The notes beneath the pieces were generated by a model. That model did no database searches, had not been told where the DNA came from, and saw only the letters and a program-made list of their open reading frames with translations. This document shows, one piece after another, positions 31,223 to 41,481 of a DNA stretch of 64,000 bases (positions are counted from its first letter, which is position 1; each line of letters starts with the position of its first letter). The stretch comes from Nitrosopumilus sp. (GTDB lineage Archaea > Thermoproteota > Nitrososphaeria > Nitrososphaerales > Nitrosopumilaceae): the NCBI GenBank assembly GCA_965218695.1, contig OZ244651.1, positions 1,056,001 to 1,120,000 on the forward strand, written 5' to 3'. Made by a program: the position numbers and the translations under genes.

Positions 31223-32986
31223 GTAATAGTTTCGCTTTTTGAAGTGGGCTGCTTGGCAGCGGAGCGGGTGCAGCCTTCCCCTTACCGTGGACTCTTTTTC
31301 CCCGTGACGCACTGCACGTGCCGTCGGACGGCGCCTCATCCGTCCCCGGAAGACGAGCGGACCAGGTGATCAAAGAAGCTGTCCTTGTTGATCCTGTCAG
31401 TTGCCAGCAGCGTGAACAGGATCGAGTTGGCATCCATGCCCTTCCTGGAGCGGTTCCCGCCCCCGTCGCTCCTTACGGCCACGAACCTCCGGTTGGCCCT
31501 CTCGACTGCGTTGTTGTCAGGCTCGATGCCGTCCACGTGCAGGCAGGTGGTCATGAAATATCCCTCCCGCGGGTACCTCTTCTTGTGCCGGGCGATGGTG
31601 CCGTCCCCGTCGCCTGCAAACGGTTCGTTCATCAGCTCGCGCAGCTCCGCGTCTATGCAGCGGGCAGCGACGATCCTTGGGTGCCGGTCCTTGATCCTGG
31701 AGGCGCGGTAAATCTTCATGTGGATTGCCGACAGCCTGTCCAGAAACGCCGGAACGTCACCCCCGGGGTTGGTCAGGACGTCCTTTTGCACCAGGCGTTC
31801 CTGGTGCCACACGCACATCTGGCGGCACGATCCCACGTGGAGCCACCCGGGATACGAGTCCTGCGTTATGGTTCCCCGGTAGCCCGGGAGCGTCTGGCGG
31901 AGCGTCTTGATGTCCCGCGAGTCGGCCACCTCCACGAGGCAGTGATTTTTTGCCAGAGCCACTATCCCGTAGCCGCGCTTGCCGCCCAGCGGCCAGTGAA
32001 ACTCGTCTACGTTCAGGTGTGGCGCCTCCAGCACGCGCTCCCTTACCGAATCGCGTTCCGGCGCCATGCGCCCGGCCTGCCTGATCTTGCCGCGGTAGGC
32101 AGACGAGCGCGAGGTTACGTGCCCCAACGCGTCGCCGCCAAATTCTGCGGTCCTGGCATGCGACATGCCATTCATGTTCAGGGACGTCATGACCGCGTCA
32201 AAGTTTGATGAACGGCGCGCGTGTTTTGCCGCGCCGGGAACCCTCCCGGAGACCTGTCTTTTGCACACGCGGCACCAGCGCCGCTTGATGACGTACCTGA
32301 CGTTCTCCAACAGGACGCGCATGACAGTCACGATGCGATCGTACTCGGCAGTCACCCTCCCAGAGAGCCCGCCGCCGCAGTCGGGGCACTCCTTGCAGTC
32401 GATCTCCTCGACGCGGTCCACGCGCTTTGGCCTGCAGTTGACGGTGGGTTTCTGCCCCTTGGGCCTGCCGGCGGCCTTCTTTCCCTGACCGGCCTTCTTC
32501 TTGGGCGCGGGGACGCTGATCCCGTTTGCCTTGGCGTTGAGATCCCTGTTTGTCTTGGCGTACCTCTTGTTGTCCTCTGTGAGGGACGAGACGAGCGCCT
32601 GCAGGCGCCCGGCCTCCTTCCAGTCTGCGCCCGACTCGCCTGCAATTTCGCAGGCTGCCTCCAGGATCTTGCGGGTTGGGCCTAGCACGTCGCCGAACAT
32701 TTTTGCCCAGTGCAGGCAGCACCTGCACCCTGGTTCCATGCACGCCCCGGCATCCAGCGGGATTTGCGGCAAGGAGTGTTCGTGCATTGCCTTAAATTCC
32801 TCCGCCTCCAAGCATGTTCGGCGTGCTGGTTCCTTCATTTCCAAAGATCGAAGGGACTGGCACCCACTCGTACTTGGATCGCGATGGTCTAACTTTGTCA
32901 TCCCGAGTACGAAATTATTAGATTCATTCCCGGTACCATGGATGTCCGCTAGGCCATCCGGTTACTTCAAAAAGCGAAACAATTAC
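31223..32986 (-). mobile_element. IS66-family IS (nested)
   Basis: TIR gtaatagtttcgctttttgaagt / acttcaaaaagcgaaacaattac; 8-bp TSD ccggattt. Confidence 0.9.
31336..32901 (-). CDS. IS66-family transposase
   Basis: GRPKGQKP, CPDCGG, VDEFHW, QDSYPGW, QMCVWH, PDNNAVERANR. Confidence 0.9.
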   Translation of the reverse strand: MTKLDHRDPSTSGCQSLRSLEMKEPARRTCLEAEEFKAMHEHSLPQIPLDAGACMEPGCRCCLHWAKMFGDVLGPTRKILEAACEIAGESGADWKEAGRLQALVSSLTEDNKRYAKTNRDLNAKANGISVPAPKKKAGQGKKAAGRPKGQKPTVNCRPKRVDRVEEIDCKECPDCGGGLSGRVTAEYDRIVTVMRVLLENVRYVIKRRWCRVCKRQVSGRVPGAAKHARRSSNFDAVMTSLNMNGMSHARTAEFGGDALGHVTSRSSAYRGKIRQAGRMAPERDSVRERVLEAPHLNVDEFHWPLGGKRGYGIVALAKNHCLVEVADSRDIKTLRQTLPGYRGTITQDSYPGWLHVGSCRQMCVWHQERLVQKDVLTNPGGDVPAFLDRLSAIHMKIYRASRIKDRHPRIVAARCIDAELRELMNEPFAGDGDGTIARHKKRYPREGYFMTTCLHVDGIEPDNNAVERANRRFVAVRSDGGGNRSRKGMDANSILFTLLATDRINKDSFFDHLVRSSSGDG

Positions 32987-33081
32987 CCGGATTTGCAATT
33001 GGCCGTTTTTGAGCCGTTTTCATCCCGTGGCGCATGGCATCCGCTGGAACCGGAAACCGGTATTATGCCCCTGCCGGAGCC

Positions 33082-34038
33082 CTATGCTATCAGATTGTAG
33101 CAGATGCTTCTCAGGATGACCTGAAGCCTCTGCATGGGGAGCGTCTTTGCGGCCACGACGGAACCGAACCTCTCCTTCATGGACGAAAACACGGACTCGA
33201 CGAGGCTGCGCTGGTGGTACGCCTTCTCAAACCCTTCCTGATCTTGTCTGAACCAGCGGAGCATCTCTGCCCTGGGATTGAAGCCCTTTGCGGCATGGTT
33301 CTTGCGGGGCCATATCACCGGTTTTCTGCCGCTGTCGTAGATCATCTTGCAGTTGTCGCGTGCGTCATACGCCGAATCCAGCATGACGTGCCCGTTGCCG
33401 TCTGGCGTGCGGGCAAACATCTTTCTGAATATCGGCGAGTCGTGGGTGCGCCCGGGCGTCACCATGCAGGCGACGATCTTTCCGTGGGGGGCTACCAGTA
33501 TGTGCAGCTTGACGAACTGGCGCCTGGACACGATGCCCTTCTTGGCATCCTCCCAGTCGGCATAGACGTTGATTGAGAATCCGGTCGCGTCCCCGAGGAG
33601 CGGACCGTGCGCGTCACTGCCTGCCTGTCCCAGGATCACTTCCGTCAGAATCTCCTGCTTTTCTGCCAACCTCTTGGCTGTCGCATGCAGGCACGATTTG
33701 GACGGAACGGCTTTTAAGCCGCAGACGTGCAGTGAACCTGGGTTGGCCTCGAGGTACGAGACGTGTTCCCGGTACGAGTTGCCGCGAAACTCCTTGTCCG
33801 CTAGGCAGACCAAGTATGAGATCTCGCGCCGGTCCTTGTCGGACTTGGGTTTGCAGATCTCGTACAGGGTGGTGGTAAGGGAACGGATGCCTTGAATCAC
33901 ACGCTTCCCCTCTCCACTTCTTCGTATCTCGTATTCCATGCTGTAGCCTTTCGGCCGTACCCATTTCTTCTTGCTTGCCTTGTCTTTGTCTTTCTTGTCT
34001 CTGTTCTTTGCCTTCCTCTTTTTCCTGTTGGAATTCAT
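33082..34038 (-). CDS. IS5-family transposase
   Basis: LGDATGF, VKLHI, LDSAYD, YHQRSLVESVFSSMK. Confidence 0.88.
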   Translation of the reverse strand: MNSNRKKRKAKNRDKKDKDKASKKKWVRPKGYSMEYEIRRSGEGKRVIQGIRSLTTTLYEICKPKSDKDRREISYLVCLADKEFRGNSYREHVSYLEANPGSLHVCGLKAVPSKSCLHATAKRLAEKQEILTEVILGQAGSDAHGPLLGDATGFSINVYADWEDAKKGIVSRRQFVKLHILVAPHGKIVACMVTPGRTHDSPIFRKMFARTPDGNGHVMLDSAYDARDNCKMIYDSGRKPVIWPRKNHAAKGFNPRAEMLRWFRQDQEGFEKAYHQRSLVESVFSSMKERFGSVVAAKTLPMQRLQVILRSICYNLIA

Positions 34039-34663
34039 TAATTGTGGACAGGATCGGTGATCCAAAACTTTTCTGGCGTCTGACGCTAATGATCTTTAAG
34101 CGTAACGCTATTTTTTTGAGGAAGATGTGGACAACGCCGATGGGCCTTTCATCATGTTTTTTATATTTGGTACCATGTGCGGGCGGTACGGACGAGTCCA
34201 TACACCGGCATTCCTCGTATCTTTAAATGGCAAAATGCAGAATGTAAAATACCGGTACCTGTACTCTCGGGACTAATGGGAGGCAATGCCTGTTGGAACT
34301 CGGGATCAATTGGGTACCGTTTATTTTATCGGCTCTGTTCAAATATGGTGATCTCGCTTTAGAGCAGTTCATTCTGCAAGATTCTGGAGAACAGCAAATC
34401 TCATTTTTGAACAGTAATTCCCTGATCACCATATTTGAAGAGCCACGGCGTGCTTTCGTCTGGAATTGATCAATTATGGAAACAAAAAAACGTGCTGTTC
34501 CACACGAATTTATGATCTTCGCTATATGTTTTTCAAAATCAGGTTCAAGGTATACCACAAACCAATATCAATTGATTAATAACGCTTGTGTGTTGCAAAA
34601 CACAATGACTACAAAAAACGCAAAAACTATGCTGTTTGGATCCTTGCTGGCAATCTTAGCACT

Positions 34664-34768
34664 GTCACTTGGTGGTATTAATTTTGCACAAGTACAAGAA
34701 ACGATGGATGTGCCAACCAACGGCAACGGCGGGTCACTTGGTGGTATTAATTTTGCACAAGTACAAGA
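34664..34768 (+). repeat. 36-bp direct repeat inside the exported-protein gene
   Basis: gtcacttggtggtattaattttgcacaagtacaaga at 34664-34699 and 34733-34768. Confidence 0.9.
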
Positions 34769-34890
34769 GTTGACAGCGGAGCAAGAAGCACAAATCGATG
34801 AGACTGGAAAACAAATAGTCCAGCTACAGCAAGATAATATCAAGTATGAACAACTGCCAGACACACCCGAAAAGGCCGAACTCATATCTA

Positions 34891-35992
34891 TAGTGGCGAT
34901 CAAAAGTTCTTGCAAAATAATTCGGCTTTTCTGTTAAAGAATTTGATCAAATCCAGATTGAATCTCGCAGTTCGATAGTACTGGGAGACGGCACTGTGCA
35001 TGTCCAAGAAGGTTTTGTAGTATTCTGAAACAAGCAGGTTCCGTTTTCCCTGGTGCCAGCATTCTTCCACGGCGTTGAGATACGGTGAGCCTTTTGGCAG
35101 GTATATGATCCTGATGTTCTTGTTCTCGCGCAGCAGCGTCCGGACGGCTTTTGCGCGGTGCGGGGACGCCCTGTCCACCAGGACGGCAACCTTCCCAAAA
35201 TGCCTCTGCATGGCCTTGAGATAAGCAACAAAAGTGGGCGCGTTAAACCCGCTGGCAGTCCTGAAGAACTGCCTGCCATCCATTGTAATTGAACCGTACG
35301 CGGTAATTCTTTTGTGGCTTCCAGTGTATGGCACGGTTATTGGCACCCCCACGGGGGACCAATACTTGCGGCCAGATTTTACGTCGTGTATGAAGAACGC
35401 CTCGTCTTGCACGGCCAGGACAAAACCGTCTTTTTCTAGGCGTGAAATTCTCTTTTTGAGGCGATATTGCCAGCTTTTTACGGCTGCCTTGGTGGCCCTG
35501 TTGATGTGGATCCTTTGCGACCCCTTGGGGGACAGACCGTATTTTTGCATGATTTTCCTGATGTTCGTCCTGTGCATCTTTGTTCCCGTCTCCCTGTGTA
35601 TGACCTGTTGCAGTTCGGCAGGAGTGGTCTTGAACCGGTCTACCTTGTCCAGTATGCCGTCCATTGCTTCAGGTGAAATCTTGGGCGGCCTGCCGGATCT
35701 GGGAAGATCCCGGAGGCCTTGTAGACCTCCATTCTCGAAGCGTTCCAGCCAGTTGCGTACCCACCTGGGACATCGCAGAAGATTGACGGCCGCATCATCT
35801 ATGCTCATTTTACGAAAATGTACCATGTGTACTGCAAGCATTCTGGCTCCCACCCTGAGGTCCTTTTCTTTTTTGTATGCTACTTCGAGTTCTTCCCGTG
35901 TTACTTTGATCATGCCGCGTTAGGCGACCGGCTGATCTACATAGTTTTCGGTCTGAGGTGCTGAACTTGGAACGAACTTTCACTTTTCACTA
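34891..35992 (-). mobile_element. IS630-family IS
   Basis: Ends tagtggcgatcaaaagtt / aactttcacttttcacta with TA duplication. Confidence 0.82.
34900..35913 (-). CDS. IS630-family transposase
   Basis: VQDEAFF, VDRASPH, YLPKGSPYLNAVEECW; paralogue of 2166-3179. Confidence 0.92.
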   Translation of the reverse strand: MIKVTREELEVAYKKEKDLRVGARMLAVHMVHFRKMSIDDAAVNLLRCPRWVRNWLERFENGGLQGLRDLPRSGRPPKISPEAMDGILDKVDRFKTTPAELQQVIHRETGTKMHRTNIRKIMQKYGLSPKGSQRIHINRATKAAVKSWQYRLKKRISRLEKDGFVLAVQDEAFFIHDVKSGRKYWSPVGVPITVPYTGSHKRITAYGSITMDGRQFFRTASGFNAPTFVAYLKAMQRHFGKVAVLVDRASPHRAKAVRTLLRENKNIRIIYLPKGSPYLNAVEECWHQGKRNLLVSEYYKTFLDMHSAVSQYYRTARFNLDLIKFFNRKAELFCKNF

Positions 35993-36027
35993 TAGAAATC
36001 TTGATAGAATAGATGGATTGTTTGCAC

Positions 36028-37553
36028 GTAAGTGTTCACGTCGTGCCTAATTCAGTTCACTCTTGGGTAAATTTTGTGCAAACCACAGATCCAAATAGGA
36101 TGGTAATCCAAACCCGATGTGAAAAGCCAGGCTGAACTCAAAAAGATGTACACGGATCTCAAGACTGAGAACATCAAGCTCAAGCAGACGATTGAGATGC
36201 AAGGGCAGATAATTGAGGAATTGAATCTGGCAGTTGCTGATCTTAAGCGCAGGCTGGTGCGGCATGACAATTACAACACCCCGTCATCACAAAAAAGGGG
36301 GCCCGGATGGCCTGACACAAAGGGAAAAGGCGACGAAAAGAATGCCTACAATAAATCCACAAAAGCCTCCCGGGATCAAAAGGACCGCGTGGATGCGGCC
36401 GGCAGCGGGAAGTCGCGCGGGGGGCAAAAAGGCCACATGGGCCGCACCCGCAAGCCAAAACCCACCGAGTTTGAGGAACACACCCCGGAGGCCTGCCCCG
36501 AATGCGGCTCGGGTAGCCTTTCCATAGTGCAGTCAGAAAAACGCGACATTACCAGGGTGGAGCGCACGATAAAGGTCATCACCACGCGCCACACCATAAA
36601 CACGTGTCGCTGCTCCTGCGGTCTGGTGGACATCAAGCCCGAGACCGGCCTTCCAGACAAGGGCAGCTACGATCCGAGCATAACGACTGATGTTGCAGAC
36701 GATTACGTGTGTCGCATGCCGTTTAGGATGATCGCAGACCGCATGTCGCGGTACGGAATTACACTCTCCTCGGGCACGGCGCACAACATAATGCGCAGGC
36801 TGGGAACGTCGCTGGGCGCCCCTGCGGCAGCCATTGCCGCCATGATACGCAAGGCCAAGATACTGCACGCCGACGAGACATCGATTCACCTAAACGGCCG
36901 CAACGTCTGGGTGTGGATACTGCACGATCCGCTGACCGGGCACGCGCTGTACGTGATACGGGACAGCCGGGGGGCAAAGGTTCTGAAAGAAGCGCTTGGG
37001 GGTTGGGACGGCACGTTAGTGTGCGACGGCTGGACGGCGTACGGAAAATACCGCGTCCAGCGCTGCTGGTCGCACATAATACGCGAGGCCAGGGACATCT
37101 GCAACCGCAATCCGGACTGCCCAGGCGCGCGCAACGTCCTGAAGCACCTGCGCATAATCTATGATTATGCCAGAAGGGCAAGCAGGAAACGCTCGCGCTC
37201 TCTCCGGGACAACGCGTCTGCCATGCTGACGTCATGCATCGAAAAGATCGTTGCAAGGTACGCCGACGATCCAATATTGGAAAAATTCATGGTCAAGATC
37301 AGCAATGCTGGCAGCGACCTGTTCCGGTTCGTGCTGAACCCAAAGATCCCGCCTACAAACAATGCTGCAGAACGCGGGTTGCGCGAGATAGTCGTGCACA
37401 GAAAAATACGGGGCAGCATAAGGGCAGAGGAGACGATGACGTGGATGGCGAATTTCTTTTCATGTGTAATGACATGGAAAAACAAGAAATTGGATTACTT
37501 GGCGGAGATTGCAAAATACGCCTAAAAATGAGTTAAACCACGTGAACACTTAC
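36028..37553 (+). mobile_element. IS66-family IS (no TSD)
   Basis: TIR gtaagtgttcacgt / acgtgaacacttac. Confidence 0.88.
36119..37525 (+). CDS. IS66-family transposase
   Basis: GGQKGH, CPECG, LHADET, VCDGW, QRCWSHIIRE, PTNNAAERGLR. Confidence 0.93.
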   Translation: MKSQAELKKMYTDLKTENIKLKQTIEMQGQIIEELNLAVADLKRRLVRHDNYNTPSSQKRGPGWPDTKGKGDEKNAYNKSTKASRDQKDRVDAAGSGKSRGGQKGHMGRTRKPKPTEFEEHTPEACPECGSGSLSIVQSEKRDITRVERTIKVITTRHTINTCRCSCGLVDIKPETGLPDKGSYDPSITTDVADDYVCRMPFRMIADRMSRYGITLSSGTAHNIMRRLGTSLGAPAAAIAAMIRKAKILHADETSIHLNGRNVWVWILHDPLTGHALYVIRDSRGAKVLKEALGGWDGTLVCDGWTAYGKYRVQRCWSHIIREARDICNRNPDCPGARNVLKHLRIIYDYARRASRKRSRSLRDNASAMLTSCIEKIVARYADDPILEKFMVKISNAGSDLFRFVLNPKIPPTNNAAERGLREIVVHRKIRGSIRAEETMTWMANFFSCVMTWKNKKLDYLAEIAKYA

Positions 37554-37760
37554 GTTATTTTTAATTAATAATCCGGCAGCTATGTTTCGTTTTTAAATTC
37601 CGGGTATTCTGCCAGAAACGCCTCGATCCAGTCATCATGCAAGCCATCTGTCGAGTAAAGCCATGCCTCAATGTCCTCTTCTTCCTCCAATAGAAAATAT
37701 GCGTAATCCGGAACTTTTTCAAACTCCGCGCTGACATGTTAGCCCTGCTGTCAAAAATTT

Positions 37761-39074
37761 ATGATCCATCCAATTAAAACCAGAATATGCCGGTTCATAC
37801 TGTTGTCGAATCAGGAAACAAGTGACCTGCAAAAAGAGAACAAGGCTCTCAGATACATGATCAAGCGCCAGGACGCTGACATCAAGCGCCAGGACGCTGA
37901 CATCAAGCGCCAGGACGCTGACATCAAGCGCTTGGAGGCAGCCGCCAAGCACGAGCAAAGCCTGTGGAGCACGCGGGACGGCTCCGAGTCCGGAGCCGCA
38001 GGGGAGCCCGCCCTGCTGCACCGCGTGGAGGTGTTTGACGACGTCATCGGCGTCGGGAAGAAGCTTCATGACGCGACGCTGAAGGGCAGGGGGCAATTCC
38101 AGTACATACTTGACAGGGCCGAGGCATGGATAAGACAAAGCGGCAAATCCCCGCTCTTCAGGAACGACGAGACGAGGGCGTCGGATCCCGGGAACCGCTG
38201 CAAGCTGTACCCAAGGCACGCGCTACTCATGTCACTGATGTACAAAAAGGGCAACCCCACGCAGGGCGCGCTTGCGGCATTCTTTGGAATAGACCAGGCG
38301 ACCGTGTCCAGGTACATCGACGTCATGGACGCGGTACTCGAGGCGGCGCTGCCCACTGCTGCCAACATATCAAAGGAGATAGCAGGCACGGAGACAAAAG
38401 AGGATCTCAAAAAAATAATTTCCGGGCCTGACGGGGGCATCATGATGATCGACGGCACGCACTGCCCCATACAGAGGCCGGACGAAAAACAGATGAGGAG
38501 CATGATGTATTCGGGCAAGAAGAAGAAATTCACGCTCAACACCACAGTCTGCATAAATGAAAACGGGGTGATAGTCGCCATATCCGGCAGCACCGTGGGA
38601 TCCGTCCACGACATCACGCTGCTCAGGGAGAGCCCGCTGCCGTTTGGAAAATGGTGGGACCGCATGTGCGACGAGGACACCCCCGAAGAGGACAGGATCC
38701 ACACCCTTACTGACCGCGGCTACAAGGGAATCGCAAAGGATCTGCCCGGCACAAACACCCTGCAGCCGCACAAGAAGACCAAGAACCACAAGCGCTTTAC
38801 AAAGGAGGAAAAGGAGCACAACCACGCCGTCAACTCGGCCAGGGTAAAGGTGGAGCACTCCATCGGCAGGCTGAAGCGGTACGGCCGGCTTACCGCGCCA
38901 TACAAGGGAAAGATTGGCGACTTTAACAGGGAATTTAACATAATAACCGGACTCGTAAACCTGGACCTCCTGTGGAACCAGATGAAGAAAGGACCTCCTT
39001 CAGGTAGCACGCTGGGGCCGGTAATAAACTGGGAAGAGGCAAACGTCCCCGGCAGCGCCGTTTCAAACAATTAA
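37761..39074 (+). CDS. IS5-family (DDE_Tnp_4-type) transposase
   Basis: FGIDQATVSR HTH, MIDGTHCPIQRP, YSGKKK, TDRGYKG, RVKVEHSIGRLK. Confidence 0.9.
   Translation: MIHPIKTRICRFILLSNQETSDLQKENKALRYMIKRQDADIKRQDADIKRQDADIKRLEAAAKHEQSLWSTRDGSESGAAGEPALLHRVEVFDDVIGVGKKLHDATLKGRGQFQYILDRAEAWIRQSGKSPLFRNDETRASDPGNRCKLYPRHALLMSLMYKKGNPTQGALAAFFGIDQATVSRYIDVMDAVLEAALPTAANISKEIAGTETKEDLKKIISGPDGGIMMIDGTHCPIQRPDEKQMRSMMYSGKKKKFTLNTTVCINENGVIVAISGSTVGSVHDITLLRESPLPFGKWWDRMCDEDTPEEDRIHTLTDRGYKGIAKDLPGTNTLQPHKKTKNHKRFTKEEKEHNHAVNSARVKVEHSIGRLKRYGRLTAPYKGKIGDFNREFNIITGLVNLDLLWNQMKKGPPSGSTLGPVINWEEANVPGSAVSNN
37860..37931 (+). repeat. 21-bp in-frame tandem repeat (IKRQDAD x ~3.4)
   Basis: atcaagcgccaggacgctgac repeated. 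Confidence 0.9.
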
Positions 39075-39260
39075 TTCCGTGCACATCGTGGTGCTGCAAG
39101 GTTGCGCACGTTATTTTGTATTTCTGGCAGGACAGGATCCCCACATGGCTAACATGGCGAGAATTAAATCAGAATTTTTAATATTTTCTGGGTTTTTCTG
39201 GTTTAACCCAACGAAATGGAGGGATTACGCATGGCTTCTAATATGTGTTCCCTGATGAGT

Positions 39261-40473
39261 GGGTGTGTCCTAGTAATAAAAAATGCCATTTCATGTGCCA
39301 AGATGCCAAAGACATGATTGGTGCCAGAACCCGTCGACGCCAACAGTGCCGCACCGTCAATCTTTCACAACCCATAAAATCCCCCAAATCCAAGACACGG
39401 TGCGGAGGCTCCGCTAGGAAGCGCGTGGTGAAACGCGCCAGCTATGCTGCAAGTGTCGCGATTTGATCCTGTGTGAGCCTGCCGTCTTTTGCCTGCAATC
39501 TGGCCACGAGCTCGACGTTGTAGCACATGACACGGATCGCAGTCTCCCTTGTCCGGTTCTCGTGTTTTCGGCACCTGGTGCTGTCCCCGTACATCTTCTT
39601 GAGGGCTGCAAAGACTGCCTCGATGATGCTGCGCTGGTGGTATTCCGAGTCAAACCTGTCCCGTTCATCCATGTACAGGCTTACCATCTCGCGCCACGAC
39701 TGGCTTCCCCTGGCGTTGCGTATGGTGTTGGATTTTGGCTTGATGCGGGGCACCATTCCCATCGCAGATATCATGTTGCACATGAGCCTTGCCAGGTATG
39801 CAGAATCCAGGCAAAAGTCGCCGGTGCCCCGGCCTAACCTGCCGAGCATCGCGTACAGCCCGTTTATGTCTGCCACTGCGCTGTCAGTCACCATGCAGTC
39901 GATTATCACCCTGGTGCGGATATCCACGATTGCGTGCAGTTTGACCCATCCCTTTCTGGTACGAAAACTGTCGGTTCTGACGTCAAACCACCTGACAAAC
40001 CGCAGGTACGAGTATCCGGTACCGTCTGCTGCCAGGGAGCCTGCCTCCACCTCCCTGATGGCAATCCGGTGTGCCTCTGCCAGGTACCATTCCGGGATCA
40101 GGCCGTAGGCGCGTGCTATCGTGCTCTTGGAGGGAATTTTCTCTAGGCCCATCTTGGCTGCCATGGCGCTATTGTTTCGGAGGATGCCGACCATCTTACG
40201 GTAGGTCGTGCGCTGTGCCTCAAGCATGATGCAGACAGCTGCCATGGCGCCAGGCGGGTATGCCGTCATGCCGCCCAGGCCGGGCCTGACGGCGTACGGA
40301 TCCCCAAGATTCTTGATTATTCCCAGCACGGTATTCAGCATGAGGCCCGACAGGTACTGCTGAACCAAATCGTACTGTCGTTGGTCGCGTTTCTTTGTAG
40401 TCATTAGGCGATGCCGTGATCCGCCGATCCATATCTTTTGTCATCCGGGGGTATATGCCTCTAGGACACACCC
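39261..40473 (-). mobile_element. IS5-family IS
   Basis: TIR gggtgtgtcctag / ctaggacacaccc; 9-bp TSD ctgatgagt. Confidence 0.88.
39442..40404 (-). CDS. IS5-family transposase
   Basis: AADGTG, VKLHA, LDSAY, YHQRSIIEAVFAALK. Confidence 0.9.
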   Translation of the reverse strand: MTTKKRDQRQYDLVQQYLSGLMLNTVLGIIKNLGDPYAVRPGLGGMTAYPPGAMAAVCIMLEAQRTTYRKMVGILRNNSAMAAKMGLEKIPSKSTIARAYGLIPEWYLAEAHRIAIREVEAGSLAADGTGYSYLRFVRWFDVRTDSFRTRKGWVKLHAIVDIRTRVIIDCMVTDSAVADINGLYAMLGRLGRGTGDFCLDSAYLARLMCNMISAMGMVPRIKPKSNTIRNARGSQSWREMVSLYMDERDRFDSEYHQRSIIEAVFAALKKMYGDSTRCRKHENRTRETAIRVMCYNVELVARLQAKDGRLTQDQIATLAA

Positions 40474-41481
40474 CTGATGAGTTCTGCAAAATCCTCCATC
40501 GGGGGACCCATCGCTACAAAGTCTATTTCATCTGAAATATCCGTGCCGGAAAAAATTTTGTAAAACGTGATAAAATCGTGATCAGGGTTTAGTACCTGAT
40601 GTTTTAGAAACTCCAGCTGTAATTGCCTTGCCTCCTCAATGCTCATGGCATCTAGTCGATAGTACTCAATCAATACGTTATTCAAATTATATGGCGTATC
40701 GCCCTGCTCGGGCAGTGATAGGGTGTTTCCAAATTTATCAATTTGTGGCGTGAAGGACAATCGTTCCAAGGAATCAGGGCGGTAGTGATCAAAGGTGGCT
40801 GTGTCATTGGTGACGCTAAATGCAAAAAATCCCCCATATCCGGCAACCCAAATGCGCACTGGGTTGACCAGGTGGAATGTTGGCTCGTTTACAACCGCGG
40901 TAAGGATTGATGTGTGGGGTTGGTCGTTTCCAAAGGATATTGTCTTTTCGCCGCGATAGTGCACAACCTTGTGCTTGTCCGGACTGCCGGTTATCTCAAA
41001 CCCATCCGAAAGTATCTCCAGTTCTTCGGGAAATTCAACGCTCATAATTGGCGCATCGCATTCCGGGTAATATTCTGTTATCTGGTATCCGTACATGTTG
41101 GAATCAGAATTATCCAGTCCGTATTTGTCGAGGATTTCCACCATCTGATCGAGTATTGCGTCCAGATCGGCCGATTCCGCTCCGATCAGGGTCGAATGAT
41201 CGCCGTTTGCATCCCCTAGCGGTGGAAGGTATTCGTCACGCAGATTTTGCATTGTCCTCTTGTCGTCTTCGGACATCACATCCCAATTTGGGTTTGGCAC
41301 CTTCCAGCTGTATGTAAGCACGATGTCGAACGGATCCCCCACCTTTACTTGCTCTGGAACTTCAAATGTGGCGTACAGCGCGTTGTTTGAGCACGGATCC
41401 CCGAGATAATGGTAAGGAGGGGGGAGTATGGCCTTGTCCCTGTGTGTTGCCAGGCGCGACGGAAACCATTCGTCATTGAAG

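Larger units (their letters stand above)
31118..34138 (-). mobile_element. IS5-family IS containing a nested IS66
   Basis: TIR ggcgttgtccacat / atgtggacaacgcc; 10-bp TSD gatgggcctt (31108-31117, 34139-34148). Confidence 0.88.
34605..36027 (+). pseudogene. Exported protein interrupted by IS630 and truncated by IS66
   Basis: Signal peptide MTTKNAKTMLFGSLLAILAL; the frame resumes after IS630 (ELISRNLDRIDGLFA) and ends at the IS66 TIR. Confidence 0.6.
37701..39230 (+). mobile_element. IS5-family (ISL2-like) IS
   Basis: Terminal IR gcgtaatcc / ggattacgc plus subterminal IR catgttagcc / ggctaacatg; exact ends uncertain. Confidence 0.7.
37580..41481 (-). pseudogene. Large acidic (probably exported) protein cut by three ISs
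   Basis: Frame open from the IS66 TIR at 41481 (FNDEWFPS...VGDPFDIVLTYSW...EDFAELIR), continues at 39251-39231 (EHILEA) and at 37700-37580 (YFLLEEEEDIEAWL...FLAEYPEFKNET*). Confidence 0.6.
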
